NCBI GenBank assembly: GCA_900538765.1
Contig: UQAB01000001.1
Coordinates: 75,679-139,678 of the forward strand
Source: an uncultured Azospirillum sp.
GTDB taxonomy: Bacteria; Pseudomonadota; Alphaproteobacteria; RF32; CAG-239
DNA length: 64,000 nt
Reading direction: 5' to 3'
Below are positions 29,618 through 39,649 of the stretch, piece by piece. Each line of letters opens with the position of its first letter. The first letter of the stretch is position 1. A model generated the notes under the pieces. The model had not been told where the DNA came from. It worked only from the letters and a program-made list of their open reading frames with translations, and did no database searches. A program made the position numbers and the translations under genes.

Positions 29618-30082
29618 CTAAGAGCACATTTTTACCTGGCGGAGAGCCTCCCCCACCACTATCGCCGCTGAAATCGCCATATTAATGGAACGGGCCTTGG
29701 GATTCATCGGGATAAGTAAACGCGCGTCTGCCTGATTATGAACATCCTCCGGCACACCGGCGCTTTCCCGCCCCATTAAAATAATATCATGCGGCTGAAA
29801 AGAAAAATCGGTATAAGGCTCGGAAGCGTGCGTCGACATCAGAACAAGCCGGCCGTATTCTTCTGGATGCGCCGCACGATAAGCCAAAAAATCCTGCCAT
29901 GAATTATGCCGCCGGTAAGATACCTGTTCCAAATAATCCATCCCGGCTCGACGCATGGCCTTTTCATTAAAAATAAACCCGCAGGGCTCAATAATGTCGA
30001 CGGCAAAGTCAAGACAAGCCCCCAAACGCAGCAATGTCCCTGTATTTTGCGGAATATCCGGTTGAAATAAAGCCAAACGCAT
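29618..30082 (-). CDS. trmL: tRNA (cytidine/uridine-2'-O)-methyltransferase TrmL (SpoU family)
   Basis: MRLALFQPDIPQNTGTLLRLGAC is a SPOUT fold. 154 aa. Confidence 0.8.
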   Translation of the reverse strand: MRLALFQPDIPQNTGTLLRLGACLDFAVDIIEPCGFIFNEKAMRRAGMDYLEQVSYRRHNSWQDFLAYRAAHPEEYGRLVLMSTHASEPYTDFSFQPHDIILMGRESAGVPEDVHNQADARLLIPMNPKARSINMAISAAIVVGEALRQVKMCS

Positions 30083-30116
30083 AACGAAATCACTCTACCT
30101 GACACGATACAAGTTT

Positions 30117-31229
30117 TTAAACATTGAAGAGGAACAACAACACATCCCCATCCTGCACCACATATTCCTTGCCCTCGGAACGAACCTTTCCGGCCTCTTT
30201 GCACTGCTGCTCACCGCCGTATTTTACAAAATCGTCAAAGGCAATGGTTTCAGCGCGGATAAAACCTTTTTCAAAATCAGAGTGAATAATACCGGCACAT
30301 TGCGGCGCTTTTGAACCCTTAATAAATGTCCAGGCACGAACTTCTTTGGGGCCGCAGGTAAAATAAGTTTGCAATCCCAAAATATTATACCCGGCACGGA
30401 TAATTTTTGCCAAACCGGTTTCCGTCAATCCCAGAGATTCCAAAAACTCTTTCTTCTCTTCCTCACTGTCCAGCTGGGCAACTTCAGATTCTATTGCGGC
30501 GGAAATAATAACCGCTTCCGTTCCTTCGGCTTTAGCCCGCTCTTCCACCAGCTTAGAATATTTATTGCCCGTCGCCGCCGATTCTTCATCAACATTGCAA
30601 ACATACAAAACCGGCTTAGACGTCAACAGCTGCAGCATTTCATACTGCTTATAGGCATCTTTTTCATCCTTGCTCGGCGCGGCTGAACGGGCAGGCTTTC
30701 CTTCCCGCAAGGCATTAATAATCGGTTCCATAACCTGTGCGCGGATTTTAGCTTCTTTATCACCGCCGGTCTGCGCTTTCTTCTTCGTTTGCTCAAAACG
30801 TTTTTCCAGAGATTCCAAATCGGCAATCATCAACTCTGTTTCAACAATATCCGCATCGCGTATCGGATCAACAGAACCTTCCACATGCGTAATGTTATCA
30901 TCGTCAAAACAACGCAAAACATGGATAATCGCGTCAACCTCACGAATATTGGCCAAAAACTGGTTGCCCAGCCCTTCCCCTTTGGAAGCGCCTTTAACCA
31001 AACCGGCAATATCCACAAATTCCAGCTGTGTCGGCGTAATCATCCGCGGATTAACCAGCTTGGTCAACTGATCAAGACGCGGGTCAGGCACGGCAACACG
31101 CCCGGTATTCGGTTCAATCGTGCAAAACGGAAAATTTGCCGCCTGAGCCGCAATTGTCTGCGTCAAAGCATTAAACAAAGTCGATTTTCCCACATTCGGC
31201 AAACCGACAATACCGCAATTGAATCCCAT
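30117..31229 (-). CDS. ychF: ribosome-binding ATPase YchF (Obg-family)
   Basis: GIVGLPNVGKSTLFNALT G1 motif and a TGS C-terminal domain. 370 aa. Confidence 0.9.
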   Translation of the reverse strand: MGFNCGIVGLPNVGKSTLFNALTQTIAAQAANFPFCTIEPNTGRVAVPDPRLDQLTKLVNPRMITPTQLEFVDIAGLVKGASKGEGLGNQFLANIREVDAIIHVLRCFDDDNITHVEGSVDPIRDADIVETELMIADLESLEKRFEQTKKKAQTGGDKEAKIRAQVMEPIINALREGKPARSAAPSKDEKDAYKQYEMLQLLTSKPVLYVCNVDEESAATGNKYSKLVEERAKAEGTEAVIISAAIESEVAQLDSEEEKKEFLESLGLTETGLAKIIRAGYNILGLQTYFTCGPKEVRAWTFIKGSKAPQCAGIIHSDFEKGFIRAETIAFDDFVKYGGEQQCKEAGKVRSEGKEYVVQDGDVLLFLFNV

Positions 31230-31335
31230 AAAAAAACTCCTTAAACAAAAACCTGAAATTGCTTTTCCTTATAGCCGATAATATCCCGTTTTTCAACAAA
31301 AAAAACCACCGAAAAAACGGTGGTTTTTACACATC

Positions 31336-31830
31336 TCAGGACCGCGCAATTTCATAAATCTCAACAACCCGCTTATACTTCGGGTTTTGAAACAGCTCCT
31401 CTTTGACTTCGGACAGCAAATCATAACGGCGGATATAACCGAACAGCAAATTATGATATTTGGCAAAGTAAGGATCCTGCGGCATAAACTTATTCGCCTC
31501 AACCTCACAAAGCCTATACTGCCACCTTTGATCAGAACCGATATCTGCCAAAACCCGAAAAAAAGTATCAGTCAAATACCCGTAACGGTCAACAACTCGC
31601 AACGCCTCGCCATACAGAAACAAGCGCGGCAACAGCTTTTCAAAACGACCGTCATAAAAATTCCGGCAACGCTTTTGCGGATCTGACTTATCGACTTTTT
31701 CCAATAAATCAAGAACCTCCTGTTCTGATAAGCAGTCGTTCAACCTTTTTCCACGATTGCCTTTCGGAAAATGACCGCAGCAACAGCAATCAAAAGAACT
31801 TCCCAAAAAATCAAGTTTGTCCCTAGCCAT
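31336..31830 (-). CDS. hypothetical cysteine-cluster protein
   Basis: MARDKLDFLGSSFDCCCCGHFPKGNRGKRLNDC... The ORF-track start at 31854 is GTG, so the internal ATG is used. Function unknown. Confidence 0.4.
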   Translation of the reverse strand: MARDKLDFLGSSFDCCCCGHFPKGNRGKRLNDCLSEQEVLDLLEKVDKSDPQKRCRNFYDGRFEKLLPRLFLYGEALRVVDRYGYLTDTFFRVLADIGSDQRWQYRLCEVEANKFMPQDPYFAKYHNLLFGYIRRYDLLSEVKEELFQNPKYKRVVEIYEIARS

Positions 31831-31870
31831 AATTCTTAAGTTTAATGATGACACAATAATATTTTCAAAC

Positions 31871-32443
31871 TTACTTTCTCAACAACATTCCCAACCGGTT
31901 GGAATATTCGGCAATCCCCTTTTCCAACAAAACCTCTATACTCTCGGCAATCAATTCTATATTGCCCTCAACAAGCGCTTTATCAGCCTTTGAAAATCCG
32001 CCGAGCACATAATTGACCACGTCATTGCCGCTGCCAGCCGGATGCCCGACCCCGATACGAATACGGTTATAATTCGGTGACACGGCCGCATCAATGGACT
32101 TAATACCGTTATGTCCGCCGGAACCGCCGCCTAATTTAGCTTTCAGCTTACCGCAGGGCAAATCCATATCATCATGCATAACAACAATATTTTCCGGCAA
32201 AATCTTATAAAAATGAGCAGCTTTGACAACGGCATTTCCCGACAAATTCATATAGGTCTGCGGTTTAAGCAAATAAACCTTTTCCCCGCCGATTTTTCCC
32301 TCGGCAATCATCCCGTCAAACTTGGCCTTAAAAGGCGCAAAAGAAAACTTGTCATGCAAAACATCTGCCGCCATAAAACCGACATTATGCCGCGTATTGG
32401 CATATTCCGCACCGGGATTTCCTAAACCGACAATCAAAAACAT
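31871..32443 (-). CDS. pth: peptidyl-tRNA hydrolase
   Basis: MFLIVGLGNPGAEYANTRHNVGF is the Pth signature. Start at the internal ATG. Confidence 0.85.
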   Translation of the reverse strand: MFLIVGLGNPGAEYANTRHNVGFMAADVLHDKFSFAPFKAKFDGMIAEGKIGGEKVYLLKPQTYMNLSGNAVVKAAHFYKILPENIVVMHDDMDLPCGKLKAKLGGGSGGHNGIKSIDAAVSPNYNRIRIGVGHPAGSGNDVVNYVLGGFSKADKALVEGNIELIAESIEVLLEKGIAEYSNRLGMLLRK

Positions 32444-32516
32444 CTGTATTCTTTCAAAAAACGGGAGCCAAGCTCCCGAAATCTTTAGCAAAACTCATCA
32501 TAAAAAAAATAAGTTG

Positions 32517-32605
32517 ATAAAGAGGTGTGCTGCGCAGCATAAATTTGACGACGTGTACAACAAACAGTACACGAGGAGAATTTATGCAAGCATGACACCT
32601 CTTTT
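32517..32605. repeat. family-B long hairpin repeat
   Basis: AAGAGGTGTGCTGCGCAGCATAAATTTgacgaCGTGTACAacaaacAGTACACGaggagAATTTATGCAAGCATGACACCTCTT has nested stems and the same core as 18411..18580. Confidence 0.55.
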
Positions 32606-32610
32606 GCGAC

Positions 32611-32901
32611 TTATTTTCTGAGGAAGTCGACGTGCAAAGCCTTATCACTAACCGGATGGAACTGAACATCCTGGCATTTAACGGAATATTTGGTACCTTC
32701 AACGTCTACTTCAATGGCAAACTTGTACAGACCTGCCATATCCAGAGCTTTTTCAACCTGTACCGGGTCAAGACTAATCATAACCGGTTCTTGTTTTCCA
32801 CCATAGATGACAGCGGGAACGCGTCCTTCACGACGACATGCGCGAGCTGCCCCCTTACCTGCCAATTCACGCTTTTTAGCATTAAAAATTAAATCAGCCA
32901 T
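32611..32901 (-). CDS. rplY: 50S ribosomal protein L25 (short, Ctc N-domain only)
   Basis: RVPAVIYGGKQEPVMISLD...EVDVEG is the L25 fold. Adjacent to pth as is typical. Confidence 0.75.
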   Translation of the reverse strand: MADLIFNAKKRELAGKGAARACRREGRVPAVIYGGKQEPVMISLDPVQVEKALDMAGLYKFAIEVDVEGTKYSVKCQDVQFHPVSDKALHVDFLRK

Positions 32902-33013
32902 TTTATAAATCCTTTATTATAAATGATACAAACTGCTTTGCGTACCTCCAGGGGTGTCCGCAAAGTAAGCTTTGTTTACATCTTTTTTTACATAATTTCA
33001 AGTATTTTTTATA

Positions 33014-33036
33014 CAAAAAAAGAGGCCGAAGCCTCT
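33014..33036 (-). terminator. terminator of the 33040..33525 gene
   Basis: AGAGGCttcgGCCTCT followed by T7, read on the minus strand. Confidence 0.5.
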
Positions 33037-33039
33037 TTC

Positions 33040-33525
33040 TCAATAGTCTGCTTTAGGTTCTACGACAATTTCCTCCGGCGTACAGGAAATAACGGAAACA
33101 ACCGCTCCGTCGCCAGGGCTGTAGTTTTTGTCAGAATTAACCATTTCTGCCGTAAACACCTCATCGCTCAAAAAAGTGCTGAAATGCCCAAAAACTCGAC
33201 CGTTTTCAATCTTGTCAACAGCAAAGTCATAATAAGCGCTCTTCATCACGCCATAAAAGCGTTCTCTGACAGCCCAAACGGACAACGCGCTTAAAATAAT
33301 TGCCACCAAAACAAAAACACTCCAAAGCATACCGCTGTCATCCTGTCGCAAATATTCATAATTATAAACGACACACAGCACTAAGGCAAAAATCATAGAA
33401 ACAGCCCATAATGTCCAATGATAATGCTTTTTAAAACTCCAAAACGGATTAACACTCATAACAAACAAAAAATTGCTGACATTTTCCGCAATCAGAATTC
33501 CTAAAATAACTTTCCAAGTTTCCAT
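33040..33525 (-). CDS. small membrane-anchored protein (2 N-terminal TM helices plus beta-rich C-domain)
   Basis: Hydrophobic N-terminus and C-terminal ...KIENGRVFGHFSTFLSDEVFTAEMVNSD... Family-type promoter/leader upstream (TTGACATTTTTGATTTTGATGATATTTT...ATTAATTATTATG). Confidence 0.5.
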   Translation of the reverse strand: METWKVILGILIAENVSNFLFVMSVNPFWSFKKHYHWTLWAVSMIFALVLCVVYNYEYLRQDDSGMLWSVFVLVAIILSALSVWAVRERFYGVMKSAYYDFAVDKIENGRVFGHFSTFLSDEVFTAEMVNSDKNYSPGDGAVVSVISCTPEEIVVEPKADY

Positions 33526-33605
33526 AATAATTAATGCTTAAATTAAGATAATAATAAATAACTGATTGAAAAATATCATCAAAATCAAAAATGTCAAACA
33601 TAACT
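33526..33605 (-). promoter_or_regulatory. family-type promoter plus AU-rich leader
   Basis: See the 33040..33525 entry. Confidence 0.4.
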
Positions 33606-33716
33606 TGCACATAGTTTCATATTCGTCAATTTTTCCTCTCTTCGTGAAAAATAATGGTTGAACATAAGAAAAATATATGTTAGATTAGATTTGTGATGAC
33701 AAGTGTGGAGGAAACT

Positions 33717-35597
33717 ATGAAAAGTATCTCAAAAGTAATGTTATTGTCAACTTCGTTCCTATTCCGCTTCGAAGCTGCTTACGCATTGGCCGATGCTGAT
33801 GCTTTTCCTGCTTTCCAAAGGGATGGTACCCACACACACTACACTACTAACCTCGCTCCTGTTCCACACTTGTCATCTGCACGCAATGAAATGGAATATA
33901 AGCTTGCTTCTGTTTGCTTCGTCACCGATACAACGGACTGCCGTGGCGGAAATTATGACATTCCGGATTACAACATCTGTGTTGAGGACGGTTATGACAA
34001 GACCTCCTGTCCCGATGAGTTTTACATTCCCGAAAACTACTGCCCTTATGACAGCAAATATTTTGCCAACTGCCGCGATGCCTGCGAGGGATATGTCGAA
34101 TGTGTCGACCCGTATTACGGTGTGGGTGAGGCTTGCCGTGGTTTATATGAAAAATGCGAATGCGACACCTGTCCCGGATATGTCTTTGAAAGCGATATTC
34201 CCCGCGGCTACCACAAAGTCGGGGAAGCCTGCAATTCCTGCGACGGGCCGAAATATAAGTACGAGATAAACACCTGCGACGGCTTTATGGAATGCACCGA
34301 CACCGGGCCGGAAGACGGCGCGGAAGTCTGCTGGCGCGGCGACACTCCGACATACAGCAGTTGCAAGCCCTGCGCCAATCTCGGCGATTTGGACAGTTGT
34401 CCGGCACATTATGTCTGCAAATATGAAGACTGCTCCAAGAAATATTACAAGACCGGCTGCGAAGACGGCTATATCTGGGACGAGGCGGCCAAGACCTGCA
34501 CACCGGAGTGTGATCCGAACGACCGCACCTGCCAATGTCCCGGAAAACATTTTTGCGACCCGGACACCAAAGTCGGCGACGGCAAAACCTGTACAACCGC
34601 CGACGGCACAACCTACTACGAAAGATGCCTCGTCAAGGAAACTTGTATAACCCATCATATGGCTAAAGATCCTGTATATCCGCAATGTCACATAAGAAAT
34701 TCTCTTGGTTTAAATAATTATTCATATTTTGTTGAAAAATACTGTACAACGCAGCAAAACCAAACTTATTACCGCTTTTGTTCTTGTACAGCTACTCAAA
34801 CGGATCCCTTGGGAAATATGCCGCCTTGCGCAGGCAAAAAACAATGCGATAACGATTCAGGATATGGTGAGCCCTGTATATGCGGCAACGGAAAATACTT
34901 TGATAAATGCGATGAATGTCAAATTCAAGGACAACGTTGGGAAAAAGACGAAAACGGCAATGGCGGCTGGTGTACAGACACAACAACAGATGTTCGTAAT
35001 CCGGACTATGATGGCGGAATGTTCTATGTTGACGAAAAATGCAAAATGTTAGATGGCACACCCATTTACGTAATCGGTTATTGCGGACAGTCCGGCTGCC
35101 GAGGTTATGCAAATTCTTGCAATGGTAAAATGCTTTGTGAAGATGATGAAGGTGCAGAAGGCGAAGTCGCCTGTGAATGCGGCGGAAGGAAATATTTCAA
35201 TAAATGTAAGGAAATGTGCCAATATAAAGTTAATAATACCGGAGTTAAATTCCATGAAACATCACACTGGTTTACAAAGGGCTGGTATATGGACAAAGTT
35301 GTTTGTACGCGTCTGGACGGCAGCAAAGTCGGTTATAGAAAACAATGCAATGCCACAACGACTGATGCCGCCGGCAACATGCCGCCATGTGCGGGAATGA
35401 AAGAATGTCCTAACGGAACATTCGGTACCGGAGAAAAATGTTCCTGCGGCGGGGTGTTATTTTACAGCGGTAACTGTATCACAGAATGCACTTACGAAGA
35501 CACCGCGGAAAGCTGTGCCGCCAAAGGACAAAGTTTTGAACAGAAATGTTATGGCACAAAAGACGAACAACAAACCTGGTTCGGACAGTGTAAATAG
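33717..35597 (+). CDS. secreted, extremely cysteine-rich repeat protein (EGF/furin-like spacing)
   Basis: GGAGG SD 6 nt before ATG MKSISKVMLLSTSFLFRFEAAYA (signal peptide). The ORF-track start at 33693 is GTG. About 80 Cys. Repeated module ...GNMPPCAG(K/M)K(Q/E)C.N..G.GE.C.CG.G.YF.KC.E.CQ. Confidence 0.6.
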   Translation: MKSISKVMLLSTSFLFRFEAAYALADADAFPAFQRDGTHTHYTTNLAPVPHLSSARNEMEYKLASVCFVTDTTDCRGGNYDIPDYNICVEDGYDKTSCPDEFYIPENYCPYDSKYFANCRDACEGYVECVDPYYGVGEACRGLYEKCECDTCPGYVFESDIPRGYHKVGEACNSCDGPKYKYEINTCDGFMECTDTGPEDGAEVCWRGDTPTYSSCKPCANLGDLDSCPAHYVCKYEDCSKKYYKTGCEDGYIWDEAAKTCTPECDPNDRTCQCPGKHFCDPDTKVGDGKTCTTADGTTYYERCLVKETCITHHMAKDPVYPQCHIRNSLGLNNYSYFVEKYCTTQQNQTYYRFCSCTATQTDPLGNMPPCAGKKQCDNDSGYGEPCICGNGKYFDKCDECQIQGQRWEKDENGNGGWCTDTTTDVRNPDYDGGMFYVDEKCKMLDGTPIYVIGYCGQSGCRGYANSCNGKMLCEDDEGAEGEVACECGGRKYFNKCKEMCQYKVNNTGVKFHETSHWFTKGWYMDKVVCTRLDGSKVGYRKQCNATTTDAAGNMPPCAGMKECPNGTFGTGEKCSCGGVLFYSGNCITECTYEDTAESCAAKGQSFEQKCYGTKDEQQTWFGQCK

Positions 35598-35696
35598 ATA
35601 TCCCCTTGTAAACTGGAGATGCTAATCGGCTACAAACCTTACAGTTTGACCACACTCGTTGGCGCGGAACAGTGTCTAATGACACCTTTGCATTCA

Positions 35697-35718
35697 GCCC
35701 CCGATAAATCGGGGGTTT
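35697..35718 (+). terminator. terminator after the Cys-rich gene
   Basis: CCCCCGATAAATCGGGGG followed by TTTTC. Confidence 0.5.
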
Positions 35719-35740
35719 TCTGTAAGGAGTGTAATAAGCA

Positions 35741-35769
35741 AAAAGGCTCTGAATTTTCAGAGCCCTTTT
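35741..35769. terminator. bidirectional terminator hairpin
   Basis: AAAAGGCTCTGAattttCAGAGCCCTTTT. Confidence 0.5.
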
Positions 35770-35772
35770 ATT

Positions 35773-36294
35773 TTAGTGAACTGTAACGGTAACAAACGGC
35801 AAGTCAACATTATCGCTCTTCACATCAACCCATAAACGCTCTCCGACTGAATAAGCGCACACAGCTCTGCCGATTACTTCACCTTCCAATTCCGCCGGTT
35901 GTTCTTTAGCTAAATCGACAAGCTCCGCATCGACAACAAGATGATAATCGTCAACACAGAGCTTACCAAACACCCGACCATCAATAACTCTGGTAATTTT
36001 AAAAGGAAAAAAACCACTGCTCATACATTCCACAAAGTAACGTTTCAGCATCAAAATGCCAAACATCGCCGGCAAACTGGAAACAATGGCAACAATGACA
36101 CACATTTCTTTTGACAAAACTTCCGTTCCATTGCAAAACGCCGCCGCTAAAACATTCAACAGCATCACACAACCCAAAAACAGAATAATCTTCATTCTGC
36201 CTTTGTAAGGACGCACCGGTTTTTTCCACAAAATCACACACATACTGCCCCAGCAAATGACGCTGCACAGCACAAAAATAATAAAAGATACCAT
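35773..36294 (-). CDS. small membrane-anchored protein (2 TM plus beta-rich C-domain)
   Basis: MVSFIIFVLCSVICWGSMCVILW... C-terminus ...ITRVIDGRVFGKL...EGEVIGRAVCAYSVGERLWVDV. Lies 11 nt downstream of the 36306..36806 gene, so likely an operon. Confidence 0.5.
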   Translation of the reverse strand: MVSFIIFVLCSVICWGSMCVILWKKPVRPYKGRMKIILFLGCVMLLNVLAAAFCNGTEVLSKEMCVIVAIVSSLPAMFGILMLKRYFVECMSSGFFPFKITRVIDGRVFGKLCVDDYHLVVDAELVDLAKEQPAELEGEVIGRAVCAYSVGERLWVDVKSDNVDLPFVTVTVH

Positions 36295-36305
36295 ACAAAA
36301 AATAT

Positions 36306-36806
36306 TTAAGGATTAATAATAACTCTTGGCTTCACCACACAAACCGTCAATTCCGGTTTCAGCATTTCAACCCTGACCTTATTGATCACCGCACCGACTT
36401 TCATCCGTTTGAGAAAATCCGGCCCGGCAAAACAGACTGCTTCAAAAGGCATATCCCGGTTAACACCGATTAAATTACCTTTGACATAACTGTTGCCGAA
36501 TTCCTGAACCTCAAACGAAAATTCCCTGCCCAGAATCTGTTCGGCAAAAGTTTTATGAACATACTTAATCGCCTGATAATCCCAAAACAAAGCAGTCCCG
36601 GTCAAAGTTCCAAACACAGCAAAATGTTCGGTAATATCCGGCCACGCAAAAACAAGCGTTGCAATCAACAATCCGGCCAGTTCGCCGACAAAAACACACC
36701 AGCCCTGACGCATCCTCTTATTCCACAACGGTTTAAGAAAGAAAATCAACGGCCAAGTTACAAAATTAAAAAAGAGCATCACGCTCACAATCCAATAACT
36801 TCCCAT
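36306..36806 (-). CDS. small membrane-anchored protein (2 TM plus beta-rich C-domain), paralogous architecture
   Basis: MGSYWIVSVMLFFNFVTWPLIFFL... Family-type promoter/leader upstream. Confidence 0.5.
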   Translation of the reverse strand: MGSYWIVSVMLFFNFVTWPLIFFLKPLWNKRMRQGWCVFVGELAGLLIATLVFAWPDITEHFAVFGTLTGTALFWDYQAIKYVHKTFAEQILGREFSFEVQEFGNSYVKGNLIGVNRDMPFEAVCFAGPDFLKRMKVGAVINKVRVEMLKPELTVCVVKPRVIINP

Positions 36807-36880
36807 AATTGTAATATTTAAAATTTATAATAATAAAGAAACATACTAGATGTACCGCAAATGGACAAAAGAGTCAACGA
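36807..36880 (-). promoter_or_regulatory. family-type promoter plus AU-rich leader
   Basis: Reverse complement reads TTGACTCTTTTGTCCATTTGCGGTACATC...TTTATTATTATAAATTTTAAATATTACAATTATG. Confidence 0.4.
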
Positions 36881-36910
36881 CAAAAGAGACCGGATGTTCC
36901 GGTCTCTTTT
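36881..36910. terminator. bidirectional terminator hairpin
   Basis: AAAAGAGACCGGatgttCCGGTCTCTTTT. Confidence 0.5.
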
Positions 36911-36916
36911 ATAAAA

Positions 36917-37237
36917 TCAAATAACAACACCTAATTGATAGATTTCATCAAATCCCAGCACCTCGGCGTCAACTTCAAGATGTTCCGCACCTTGCCCTTT
37001 TGACAAGTCCAGAAAATAGCCATGGCATAGACAGTCGTCTTTATAAAAATCCGCATGCCAGCCGCGTTCCTTGGTATAATAAGTCAGTACGGCAACAACA
37101 CGCTTCGGCTTTTCTTCCGGTTCCGTTTGAATTTGCAGCGGTTTAACATACTTTTTATACACATAGTCGCCAACATAAACAAGTACCAGAAAAACAACCA
37201 GAGTCACGGCAATAATAATAATTTCTTCTGTTTTCAT
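36917..37237 (-). CDS. small membrane-anchored protein (1 TM plus C-domain)
   Basis: MKTEEIIIIAVTLVVFLVLVYVG... Family-type promoter/leader upstream (TTGACATTTTGTCTATAAGGGGTATGAT...ATTAATTTCTAAATATACATAATTATG). Confidence 0.45.
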   Translation of the reverse strand: MKTEEIIIIAVTLVVFLVLVYVGDYVYKKYVKPLQIQTEPEEKPKRVVAVLTYYTKERGWHADFYKDDCLCHGYFLDLSKGQGAEHLEVDAEVLGFDEIYQLGVVI

Positions 37238-37320
37238 AATTATGTATATTTAGAAATTAATAATTAAAATATCTTTTATATCATACCCCTTATAGACAAA
37301 ATGTCAACAAAAAAGGGCGC
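37238..37320 (-). promoter_or_regulatory. family-type promoter plus AU-rich leader
   Basis: See the 36917..37237 entry. Confidence 0.4.
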
Positions 37321-37359
37321 TCTGAAAAAGCACCCCCGTTAAAGACAAAATATATCTTT

Positions 37360-39480
37360 TTATTTTTCGAGATCTTCACCGGTTTCCTGATTAACTCTCT
37401 TGGCAGAAAGTTTAATCTTACCGCGGTTATCCGTCCCCAGACATTTAACCCAAATCTCGTCGCCTTCCTTGTAAAAGTCAGAAACAGAAGCAATACGTTC
37501 GTTCTTAACCTCAGAAATATGAACCAATCCTTCCGTCTGTCCGAGGAAACGAACAAACGCACCAAAGTCCATAATCTTGGTAATCACGCCGTGATAAATC
37601 TTTCCTTCTTCCGGTTCGGCAACAATACCCATAATCCATTCCAAAGCGGCATCGCCGTCTTCCTTCTTCATGGATGCAATCTTGATAACGCCGTCATCGC
37701 TGATATCAATTTTGCAATGGGTCTTTTCGGTAATTTCACGAATAACCTTACCGCCGGAACCGATTACTTCGCGAATTTTATCAACCGGAATCTTAATCGC
37801 AACAATACGCGGCGCTTTGTCTGAAACATGTGGCCGCGGCTCGGCAATAACTTTCGCCATTTCGCCCAAAATATGAATACGGCCTTCATGAGCCTGAGCC
37901 AAAGCTGTCTGCATAATTTCTTTGGTAATGGAAGTAATCTTAATATCCATCTGCAAGGCGGTAACACCGTCTTTTGTTCCGGCAACCTTAAAATCCATAT
38001 CACCAAGATGGTCTTCATCACCGAGAATATCAGTCAAAACGGCAACCCGGCCATCATCTTCCTTAATCAACCCCATGGCAATACCGGCAACCGGCTTAGC
38101 CAAAGGAACACCGGCAGACATCAAAGACAATGTCGTTCCGCAAACGGTAGCCATCGAAGAAGAACCGTTTGATTCCAAAATCTCGGAAACAACACGAACC
38201 GTATAGGGAAAAGTATCCTTATTTTTCGGCATCATCGGATGAATAGCGCGCCATGCTAGCTTGCCGTGGCCGATTTCACGGCGTCCCGGAGCGCCGGTAC
38301 GACCGCACTCACCAACGGAAAACGGTGGAAAGTTATAATTCAGCATAAAGTCTTCTTTATATTCTTCCATCAGTCCGTCAATAATCTGCGCGTCTTCACC
38401 GGTACCCAAAGTTGTCGCAACCAGAGCCTGTGTTTCACCGCGCGTAAAGATAGCGGAACCGTGAGCCATTGGCAAAACGTCAACTTCACACCAAATCGGT
38501 CGAACAGTCTTTGTATCACGGCCGTCAATACGATGTCCCGTTGTCAAAACTTTTTCGCGAACAACCTTGTGCATTAATTTTTCCAACGCATCCTGCGCAT
38601 ATTTCTGCTCAAACTCATTTTCAGGATCAAGCGTCGCTTTAAATTCTTCGGAAGCTTTGCCAACCAGTTCACCGCGTTTCAGTTTGTCTGTTTCTTTGAA
38701 AGCTTCTTCAAACTTAGCTATAAAACCTTTCTCAAGTTTATTGTAAAGCTCGTCAAATTCCGGCGGAAACTTCGGCGCTTCCCACCGCGGTTTACCGGCT
38801 TCAGAAACCATTTCATTAATCATTTTGATAACCGGTTGGAAGCTCTCAAAACCAAACATAACCGCACCGAGCATTGTTTCTTCAGACAATTCCTGGGCTT
38901 CAGATTCTACCATCAGCACACCTTCTGATGTACCGGCAACAGCCAGTTCGAGTTCGGATTCTTTACGCTGATCCATTGTCGGATTCAAAATATACTGTCC
39001 GTCTTTATAACCAATCTTAGCCGCACCGATAGGCCCTAAGAACGGAATGCCGGAAACTGCCAGAGCAGCAGAAGCCGCAATCATGGCAACAACATCGGAA
39101 TCTGTCTGCTGGTCATGAGAAAGAACTGTACAAATAACTTGAACTTCATTTTTAAAAGCATCCGGGAACAGCGGACGAATTGGACGGTCAATCAGGCGAG
39201 AGATAAGAACTTCACGCTCGGAAGGCTTGCCTTCTCTTTTCATAAAACCGCCCGGCACTTTACCGGTAGCGTAATATTTTTCTTGATAATTAACTGTTAA
39301 AGGGAAGAAATCCTGATCGGGAGCAGCTTCCTTGGCTGCGCAAACTGTAGCTAAGACAGTGGTTCCTCCATAAGTTGCTTCCACGGCGCCGAGAGCCTGC
39401 TTAGCAATTTTACCTGTTTCTAAAACTAATTTTCTGCCGCCCCATTCCATTTCTTTGCGGCAAATATTCAATTCGACCAT
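37360..39480 (-). CDS. pnp: polynucleotide phosphorylase
   Basis: Two RNase PH domains plus KH and S1 domains. 706 aa. Sequence is diagnostic. Confidence 0.95.
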   Translation of the reverse strand: MVELNICRKEMEWGGRKLVLETGKIAKQALGAVEATYGGTTVLATVCAAKEAAPDQDFFPLTVNYQEKYYATGKVPGGFMKREGKPSEREVLISRLIDRPIRPLFPDAFKNEVQVICTVLSHDQQTDSDVVAMIAASAALAVSGIPFLGPIGAAKIGYKDGQYILNPTMDQRKESELELAVAGTSEGVLMVESEAQELSEETMLGAVMFGFESFQPVIKMINEMVSEAGKPRWEAPKFPPEFDELYNKLEKGFIAKFEEAFKETDKLKRGELVGKASEEFKATLDPENEFEQKYAQDALEKLMHKVVREKVLTTGHRIDGRDTKTVRPIWCEVDVLPMAHGSAIFTRGETQALVATTLGTGEDAQIIDGLMEEYKEDFMLNYNFPPFSVGECGRTGAPGRREIGHGKLAWRAIHPMMPKNKDTFPYTVRVVSEILESNGSSSMATVCGTTLSLMSAGVPLAKPVAGIAMGLIKEDDGRVAVLTDILGDEDHLGDMDFKVAGTKDGVTALQMDIKITSITKEIMQTALAQAHEGRIHILGEMAKVIAEPRPHVSDKAPRIVAIKIPVDKIREVIGSGGKVIREITEKTHCKIDISDDGVIKIASMKKEDGDAALEWIMGIVAEPEEGKIYHGVITKIMDFGAFVRFLGQTEGLVHISEVKNERIASVSDFYKEGDEIWVKCLGTDNRGKIKLSAKRVNQETGEDLEK

Positions 39481-39649
39481 ATTTCTATACCTTTCATTTC
39501 ATCTTTTCAAACATCTTTATAAAACCTCACCCGAATTGGTCAAACCCGGGATTTTTAATATAAAGCACAATAATTACAATAATTGATATCGTGTAATAAA
39601 CTCCAAGTGCAAAAAAAACAGTATTCTCAAATTCTCCAGCACCTTCTTC

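Noticed and set aside
37290-37565. ORF 37290..37565 (91 aa) and other short ORFs overlapping pnp, leuS, infB, nusA on either strand
   Set aside because: Embedded in or antisense to long, motif-rich housekeeping CDSs. No independent support.
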